From Gemmatimonadota bacterium (GTDB lineage Bacteria; Gemmatimonadota; Gemmatimonadetes; Gemmatimonadales; GWC2-71-9), in the NCBI GenBank assembly GCA_031382385.1, contig JANMYS010000026.1, positions 3,954-67,953 on the forward strand: 64,000 bases of DNA, written 5' to 3'. Positions 56,546 to 64,000 of this stretch are shown here, in pieces. Both the position numbers and the translations under genes were made by a program. The notes under the pieces are model-generated. The model did no database searches and was not told where the DNA came from. It saw only the letters and a list, made by a program, of their open reading frames with translations. Each line of letters begins with the position of its first letter. Positions within the stretch are counted from its first letter, which is position 1.

Positions 56546-57292
56546 ATGCACACAGAGCCGGACACCCGCGCACCGCGGGTCTTTCCTTCAACTCGCGAAT
56601 CGCTGGTCCGCGCCTTCACCAGCGGGGACCCGGGTGTGCGCCGGGCTGGCTTCGAGGCGCTGGTGGCCGCCTACTGGCGGCCGGCATACGCCCATCTCAG
56701 GCTCCGCTGGCATCAGGAGCCGGCGGACGCGGAAGACGGGGTCCAGGAGTTCTTCACCGTCGCGCTCGCCCAGGAGTTTTTCAGCGCATACGATCCCGCG
56801 CAGGCTCGATTCCGGACCTTCCTCCGGCTCTGTCTCGATCGATTCGCCGCCAAGGCCCACCGCGCGGAGCGCCGGCTCAGGCGGGGTGGCGGCGCGGTGC
56901 ACCTGTCGCTGGACTTTGCCGGCGCGGAGCAGGCGCTGGAGGTACTCGCGCCGGGGCAGTCCGAGGAGCACGCCTTCGACCGCGAATGGGTGCGTTCGCT
57001 CTTTGATGGCGCCATCGAGGCGCTGGAGCTGGAGTGTCATGCCGACGGTTACGAGATCCGCTTCGAGGTCTTCAAGCAGTACGATCTTGTGACGGATGGG
57101 GAGGCGGTTCGGCCGACCTATCGCGCGATCGCCGAGCGACTGGGAATCCCCGCGACCCAGGTGACCAATCACCTCGCCTGGTCGAGGCGCCGCCTTCGGG
57201 TGCTGCTGCTCGAGCGGCTGCGCGAGCTCTGCGGCAGTGAGGCGGAATTCCAGGATGAAGCAGTCACCCTCTTCGGGGTGGATGCAGCGTGA
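56546..57292 (+). CDS. ECF-type sigma-70 family factor (kinase-associated type)
   Basis: Track ORF 56039..57292, trimmed to ATG 56546 (MHTEPDTRAP). The region 2-like segment is DAEDGVQEFFTVAL...FRTFLRLCL. The region 4 HTH is TYRAIAERLGIPATQVTNHLAWSRRRL. Its stop overlaps the kinase start. Confidence 0.65.
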   Translation: MHTEPDTRAPRVFPSTRESLVRAFTSGDPGVRRAGFEALVAAYWRPAYAHLRLRWHQEPADAEDGVQEFFTVALAQEFFSAYDPAQARFRTFLRLCLDRFAAKAHRAERRLRRGGGAVHLSLDFAGAEQALEVLAPGQSEEHAFDREWVRSLFDGAIEALELECHADGYEIRFEVFKQYDLVTDGEAVRPTYRAIAERLGIPATQVTNHLAWSRRRLRVLLLERLRELCGSEAEFQDEAVTLFGVDAA

Positions 57293-58245
57293 GTCCCATC
57301 AGTGGCGAGACCCTGCGTCATCTGCAGCGGGTGCTGGAAGAGCCTGAGCTGGAGGGGGATCGCTACCGGCTCGGGCCGCTGCTGGGTCGGGGCGGGATGG
57401 GAGTGGTGTATCAGGCTACCGATCTCGCCCTGGGACGTGAGGTGGCCCTCAAGGTGCTGCGCCCGGAGTTCGCCGAGGGCGCCGCCGATGTCCGGTTCCG
57501 CCGTGAAGCCCAGATCCTCGCTCGGCTGGAGCATCCAGGGATCGTTGCGGTGCACGATGTGGGGATGTTGCGTGACGGCCGCAGGTTCTACGTGATGAAG
57601 CTCGTGCGGGGAGCCCGGCTGGATGATTCGTCCCAGCGACGGTCGCTGCCGGAGCGGCTGCGCAGCTTTCTCCGCATCTGCGAGACGATCGAGTTTGCCC
57701 ATGTGCGCGGAGTGATCCACCGCGATCTGAAACCGGGCAATATCATGATCGGGGAGTTCGGCGAGGTCCTGGTACTCGACTGGGGAATCGCCCGGGTGCT
57801 GGCGACCCAGCCGGAGGAAGCCGGGGCCGCGCCGGCGACCTCCCCCGCCGCGGGTGACACTGCATCCGGTACCGTTCTCGGGACGCCGGGCTACATGGCT
57901 CCCGAGCAGCAATCGGGGCAGATCGACCTGGTCGATGCGCGCAGCGATGTCTTCTCGCTGGGCGCCATTCTGCGTGATCTGGCGGCCGAGAGTGACCCGG
58001 CGCCACGACCGCTGCAGTCGATCTGGAGAAAGGCGATGAACCCGGAGGCCGGGGACCGGTACTCCTCCGCCGCGGCGCTGGCCGCGGATGTCGGCCGGTT
58101 CTTGGATGCCCAGCCGGTTCAGGCGCATCGGGAGACATGGCCTGAGCGCGCTGGCCGATTCTACCGCACGTATCAGACGGCCATTCTCCTCGTCCTGGCC
58201 TACCTCACGATGCGCCTGCTCTTCCTGGCGGGCCGGGGTTTCTAA
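57289..58245 (+). CDS. Serine/threonine protein kinase with a C-terminal membrane anchor
   Basis: 318 aa. GRGGMGVVYQA, VALKVL, HRDLKPGNIM, DWGIA, GTPGYMAPE. The C-terminal TM helix is AILLVLAYLTMRLLFLA. Confidence 0.9.
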   Translation: MSPISGETLRHLQRVLEEPELEGDRYRLGPLLGRGGMGVVYQATDLALGREVALKVLRPEFAEGAADVRFRREAQILARLEHPGIVAVHDVGMLRDGRRFYVMKLVRGARLDDSSQRRSLPERLRSFLRICETIEFAHVRGVIHRDLKPGNIMIGEFGEVLVLDWGIARVLATQPEEAGAAPATSPAAGDTASGTVLGTPGYMAPEQQSGQIDLVDARSDVFSLGAILRDLAAESDPAPRPLQSIWRKAMNPEAGDRYSSAAALAADVGRFLDAQPVQAHRETWPERAGRFYRTYQTAILLVLAYLTMRLLFLAGRGF

Positions 58246-58316
58246 AGAACCCGCCGGCAGCGGGTAACAGGTGGGTGGAAGCGATCAGCAGACAGACAAT
58301 CCAACGGGAGAGGCGC

Positions 58317-58679
58317 ATGAACAAGCCGGTGCTGGGATTGGTTCTGGGTGGAGTCCTCGGTGCGCTGGACGGTCTCTCCGCGCTGGTCTCGGCGCCGGAG
58401 GTCGCGCCTGGGATCACGGGCATCGTGATCGGGTCGATGGGGAAGGGCCTCGTCGCGGGGCTGCTGATCGGTTTCGTCTCGCGCAAGTGGGATTCGCTGG
58501 CGGTCGGCCTGATCGCGGGCACGGCGATCGCAGGGCTCTTTGCGCTCCCCATCGCGCTGATGAACAAGAACGCAGCAACGGGACAGCCCTACTTCTGGGA
58601 GATCATGATACCCGGTTCGATGGTTGGCCTGATCGTCGGTTACGCGACGCAGAAGTTCGGCTCGGCCCGGAGTGGTTAG
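58317..58679 (+). CDS. Small glycine-rich integral membrane protein (hypothetical)
   Basis: Track ORF 58275..58679, trimmed to ATG 58317 (MNKPVLGLVLGGVLGAL) because GGGAGAGG lies upstream. About 4 TM helices. Confidence 0.55.
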   Translation: MNKPVLGLVLGGVLGALDGLSALVSAPEVAPGITGIVIGSMGKGLVAGLLIGFVSRKWDSLAVGLIAGTAIAGLFALPIALMNKNAATGQPYFWEIMIPGSMVGLIVGYATQKFGSARSG

Positions 58680-58869
58680 TGGCCTGTCACCGAGGTTCCG
58701 ATCGTAGTGCTGCGACAGTGAGACCACGGAGCCATGGAGGACACGAAGGGAGCACGGAGGCTTGTCACTCGTCTTCGCCAGTCACGCATCGGAGGTACTT
58801 GATCACTCCGCGCCCCAGGCCGATGCTACCGACCCCCAAGCTCAGGCGTCATTCAAACTCCATGAACTG

Positions 58870-59544
58870 ATGACTATGCGGATTCCATTGCTACTCATTA
58901 CCTCAGGGCTGATCGGACTGACCCAGCCGGCATCGGCGCTGCAGTCGAGTCCTCCCCCCGGCTGGAGGTGGGTGACCGACGCCCCCGCGCGCCAGAGCTC
59001 GGGCTCCGAGAGGATCGCGGATTCGACGTTCACCTTTGTGCAGATGCCCCCTGGCTGGCACATCACGATGGGGCCGGGTGGGGTGCTCTACGATCCGCGC
59101 TATTTCGGCGAGGGGATTTTCACTCTCGAGTCGCAGATCTTCCACTTCCCCAACAGCTCGAACGGCGAGTACGGGTTCATGGTGGGGGGAGCGGATCTAG
59201 AGGGTGCCGGTGCGCACTACGTAGTCTTCGCCGTCCGTGGAGATGGCAGTGTCGCAGCCTGGGAACGGCGGGGCGGGCAGGACCGCCTGCTGGCCGACTG
59301 GCGCCGAGCCGAGGCGGTACATCCCGCCGATGGCAAGGTGGTCATCGGCAATCTCTTCAAGCTTTCTGTCACGTCGAAGGAGGCGGTGCTGAAGGCAAAC
59401 GGGCTCGATGTACTCGTCCTGCCGCTCGCGGGTCTGAGCCTGGACGGGCAATTCGGATTCCGGGTCGGGCGCGGGGTCAACCTGCACGCGAGCACCCTGA
59501 ACGTCACCAGCCGCCTGGCTCCTGTACCCGCCCCCAGGAGCTGA
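58870..59544 (+). CDS. Secreted DUF1080-like (3-keto-disaccharide hydrolase/LamG-type fold) protein
   Basis: Track ORF 58762..59544, trimmed to ATG 58870 (MTMRIPLLLITSGLIGLTQPASA, a signal peptide). Motifs: GWRWV, GEYGFMVGG, GQFGFRVGRG. The family call is tentative. Confidence 0.5.
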   Translation: MTMRIPLLLITSGLIGLTQPASALQSSPPPGWRWVTDAPARQSSGSERIADSTFTFVQMPPGWHITMGPGGVLYDPRYFGEGIFTLESQIFHFPNSSNGEYGFMVGGADLEGAGAHYVVFAVRGDGSVAAWERRGGQDRLLADWRRAEAVHPADGKVVIGNLFKLSVTSKEAVLKANGLDVLVLPLAGLSLDGQFGFRVGRGVNLHASTLNVTSRLAPVPAPRS

Positions 59545-59561
59545 AGGCCCACGAGACAAAC

Positions 59562-59590
59562 GGGGCCCGGAAGCCTCGCTTCCGGGCCCC
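59562..59590. terminator. Perfect 13-bp stem hairpin between convergent genes (possible bidirectional terminator)
   Basis: ggggcccggaagc-ctc-gcttccgggcccc, read directly. It lies between the stop at 59544 (+) and the ychF stop at 59616 (-). There is no strong U-tract on either side. Confidence 0.5.
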
Positions 59591-59615
59591 AGGTCGCCTC
59601 CCACCCATGGTCGCG

Positions 59616-60713
59616 CTAGACGTTGAAGCGGAACAGCATCACGTCGCCATCCTGCACGACGTATTCCTTCCCCTCCGCGCGGGCGATGCCCTGTTCCCGG
59701 GCCGGCTTCCACCCGCCGACACGGATGAAGTCGTCGAAGGCGACGGTCTCCGCCTTGATGAAGCCCTTCTCGAAGTCGGTGTGGATGACGGCGGCGGCCT
59801 GCGGCGCCCGATCACCCCGATGGATGGTCCAGGCGCGGACTTCCTTCTCACCAGCGGTGAAGTAGCTCTGCAGTCCCAGCAGGTGATACGCCGCCTTGGC
59901 GAGCCGGTCGAGCCCTGATTCCGTGGCGCCGAGGGAGGCGAGAAACTCCTGCCGGTCCTCGGGAGCAAGCTCGGCGAGCTCCGCCTCCACCTTGCCGGAG
60001 AAGATGACCAGCTCCGCGGCTTCGCCATCGGCTGCGATGGACTGCCGCAGCGCCTCGACGTGAGCGTTTCCGCTCACGATCTCGCTCTCCAGCAGGTTGG
60101 CGGCGTACAGCACCGGCTTGGCGGTGAGCAGGTTGAAGCTGCGCCAGACGGGCAGCTCCTCGTCGGTGGGCGTGACGGAGCGGGCCGGCTTGCCCGCAGC
60201 GAGGGCATCGCGTGCGGCGGTGAGCAGGCGGGCCTCGAGCTTCGCCAGCGCATCGCCGGACTTGGCGGTGCGCACGGTCTTCTCCAGCCGTTTTTCCACC
60301 GACGCGAGGTCGGCGAGCTGGAGCTCGATATTGATGACCTCCCGGTCCCGGGCGGGGTCGACCGAGCCCATCACGTGCTGGGTGTCCGGATCCTCGAAGC
60401 AGCGGATGACCTGCACGATCGCATCGACTTCGCGAATGTTGGCGAGGAACTGGTTGCCGAGGCCCTCGCCCTGGCTGGCGCCCTTCACCAGCCCGGCGAT
60501 ATCCAGGAACTCGACGGTGGCCGGCACGATGCGCTGGGGTGAGATGATCTTTGCGATCGCCTCGAGCCGCGGATCGGGGACGGTGACGACGCCGGTGTTC
60601 GGTTCGATCGTGGCGAAGGGGTAGTTCGCCACCAGCGCGCCCGCCGATGTCAGCGCGTTGAACAGCGTCGACTTGCCGACGTTGGGGAGTCCGACGATTC
60701 CGAGCCTGAGCAT
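59616..60713 (-). CDS. ychF: Redox-regulated ribosome-binding ATPase YchF
   Basis: 365 aa. [31 protein letters not shown], and the C-terminal TGS-like [14 protein letters not shown]. Confidence 0.95.
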   Translation of the reverse strand: MLRLGIVGLPNVGKSTLFNALTSAGALVANYPFATIEPNTGVVTVPDPRLEAIAKIISPQRIVPATVEFLDIAGLVKGASQGEGLGNQFLANIREVDAIVQVIRCFEDPDTQHVMGSVDPARDREVINIELQLADLASVEKRLEKTVRTAKSGDALAKLEARLLTAARDALAAGKPARSVTPTDEELPVWRSFNLLTAKPVLYAANLLESEIVSGNAHVEALRQSIAADGEAAELVIFSGKVEAELAELAPEDRQEFLASLGATESGLDRLAKAAYHLLGLQSYFTAGEKEVRAWTIHRGDRAPQAAAVIHTDFEKGFIKAETVAFDDFIRVGGWKPAREQGIARAEGKEYVVQDGDVMLFRFNV

Positions 60714-60719
60714 CTGGGG

Positions 60720-62795
<2,076 letters not shown>

Positions 62796-62804
62796 GGGCA
62801 GGCT

Positions 62805-63374
62805 CTAGCCGTTGTTGTATCGGTTCATCGCGAGCTCGATTCCGTCGCGCAGCCAGCACTCCACGGCCTCGCTCATCGGATCCAGCAGGCTGGTCAATTC
62901 GGCGCGCTCCGCGGTGGTAAAGGCGCCGAGCACAAAATCCGCCGTATCCTTCGTGCCGGCCGGCAACGGGCCGATCCCGATGCGCAGCCGGGCGTAGTCC
63001 TGGCGCCGGAGTACGCCCTCGATGCTCTTCAGTCCGTTGTGCCCGCCAGCGGAGCCGGCGCCACGCAACCGGAATTTTCCCGTCGGCAGGGCGAAGTCGT
63101 CGACCAGGACCAGCAACGCCGTCGCGGGATCGAAGCCCGGAAGCGCTCGGAGCGGGGCCAGCGCGGCCCCGCTCCGGTTCATGTAGGTCAGCGGTTTCAG
63201 GAGCGTGACATCGTGGCCCAGTGCCCGTCCGCGGATCTCGCGGGCCGAGGGGACTCGGCGGAAGGGCAGCAGGTCCCAGCGGGCGGCGAGATGGTCGGCC
63301 AAGAGAAACCCGGCGTTGTGCCGGGTGTTCTCGTACTCCGGGCCCGGATTGCCCAGGCCGATGATGGTCCGCAG
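62805..63374 (-). CDS. pth: Peptidyl-tRNA hydrolase; non-canonical start (CTG 63374, or ATC)
   Basis: The track starts at TTG 63302, but my translation upstream in the same frame gives (L)RTIIGLGNPGPEYENTRHNAGFLLADHL, the conserved Pth N-terminus with the catalytic His in TRHN. Only CTG and ATC codons are available between the in-frame TAG (63378-63380) and this motif. Confidence 0.8.
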   Translation of the reverse strand: MRTIIGLGNPGPEYENTRHNAGFLLADHLAARWDLLPFRRVPSAREIRGRALGHDVTLLKPLTYMNRSGAALAPLRALPGFDPATALLVLVDDFALPTGKFRLRGAGSAGGHNGLKSIEGVLRRQDYARLRIGIGPLPAGTKDTADFVLGAFTTAERAELTSLLDPMSEAVECWLRDGIELAMNRYNNG

Positions 63375-63377
63375 AGC

Positions 63378-64000
63378 CTAGGCCTTGGCGTCGGGTTCCC
63401 CGTCGGGCTTGGCCTTCCGGATCAGCTCCGGCTCCGTGCCGACAGCGGCGACGGCAGCCACCGGGGCCACCACCTCTTCGGTCCGCGGAGCGACCACCGA
63501 GCAGACCGGCAGGTTGGGATCGTTGAGGATCTTGACCTTGGGCAGCGTCACATCCCGGACGAAGATCGACTTGCCGATGCCGAGCGGGGTCACATCGAGA
63601 TCGATGTGGGCCGGGATATCGGCCGGAAAGCAGCGGATCTCCAGCTTGTAGAGCACCTGGTCGAGTACGCCGCCGAAGTTGCGGACGCCATCGGAGGTAC
63701 CGGTGAGGTGCACCGGGACCTCCAGCGAGATCTCCTCGTCGGCGCTGACCTCGTACAGGTCCACGTGCAGGATGTCGGTCTGGCGCAGCGGATGGCGCTG
63801 GATTTCGCGGATGAGCGCCTTGACCGCCGTCCCGCCGTCAATCGTGACGTCGAGAATTGCGCTGCCGGCGCCGCCCGCCTTGATCAGTCTGGCCAGGGCC
63901 GCGCTGTCGATGCTGAGCGACTCGGCGGCGCGGTTGTGGCCGTAGATCACGGCGGGGATCCGGCCAGCACTGCGGAGGGTGCGGGCGGCGCCCTTCCCGT
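63378..64000 (-). CDS. rplY: 50S ribosomal protein L25 / general stress protein Ctc form; 5' end beyond the window
   Basis: The track ORF starts at an internal Met. My translation of 63951-64000 continues upstream as GKGAARTLRSAGRIPAVIYGH, the conserved L25 N-terminal motif. An extended Ctc-type C-terminal domain is present. Confidence 0.85.
   Translation of the reverse strand, partial: GKGAARTLRSAGRIPAVIYGHNRAAESLSIDSAALARLIKAGGAGSAILDVTIDGGTAVKALIREIQRHPLRQTDILHVDLYEVSADEEISLEVPVHLTGTSDGVRNFGGVLDQVLYKLEIRCFPADIPAHIDLDVTPLGIGKSIFVRDVTLPKVKILNDPNLPVCSVVAPRTEEVVAPVAAVAAVGTEPELIRKAKPDGEPDAKA

Overview
This is a GC-rich (about two-thirds G+C by eye), densely coding bacterial chromosome segment. 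I could not assign a taxon from sequence alone. The gene content suggests a diderm soil-type lineage such as Gemmatimonadota: a roughly 290-aa primary sigma factor, a Bat/MoxR aerotolerance-type operon, SPOR, Omp85 and PD40 proteins, and a membrane pyrophosphatase.

I support about 60 protein-coding genes, most of them housekeeping:
- Ribosomal proteins: rpsF-rpsR-rplI, rpmE, rplY.
- Translation factors and related: prfA-prmC, pth, ychF, rsfS, arfB.
- Other core genes: smc, tmk, rpoD-like sigma, clpP, DAHP synthase.
- A metY-aspartokinase-metX operon.

Many genes are translationally coupled by 1-14 nt overlaps. I recognised no rRNA, tRNA, CRISPR array, transposase or prophage genes. Many long ORFs in the track are GC-driven shadow ORFs on the opposite strand or in the wrong frame, and several track ORFs carry spurious N-terminal extensions that I trimmed.

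Observations most worth follow-up:
1. A six-gene coupled operon (22930-28920): MBL hydrolase, CsgG-like/TPR lipoprotein, MlaE, an MlaF-position ATPase with all catalytic motifs degenerate, MlaD, and a GAF/HD-GYP c-di-GMP phosphodiesterase.
2. A near-consensus sigma70 promoter followed by a ~120-nt structured RNA and a U8 terminator (18058-18211), directly upstream of the metY operon leader. It is either a new sRNA or a Met/SAM-responsive attenuator.
3. A family of 7-8 bp tandem microrepeats in at least five intergenic sites, and a ~175-bp imperfect palindromic REP/MITE-like element.
4. Unusual fusions: peptidase-MA + PD40 propeller + Omp85 barrel, and DAK2 (FakA-like) + DegV (FakB-like).
5. 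A ClpP paralog with a Ser-His-Asn triad.
6. An in-frame TAG inside a Bax-inhibitor-1 family gene.
7. Two conserved genes (pth and a LEA_2-like lipoprotein) that lack any ATG/GTG/TTG start.

All functional calls come from my own motif recognition and should be confirmed by HMM or BLAST searches.
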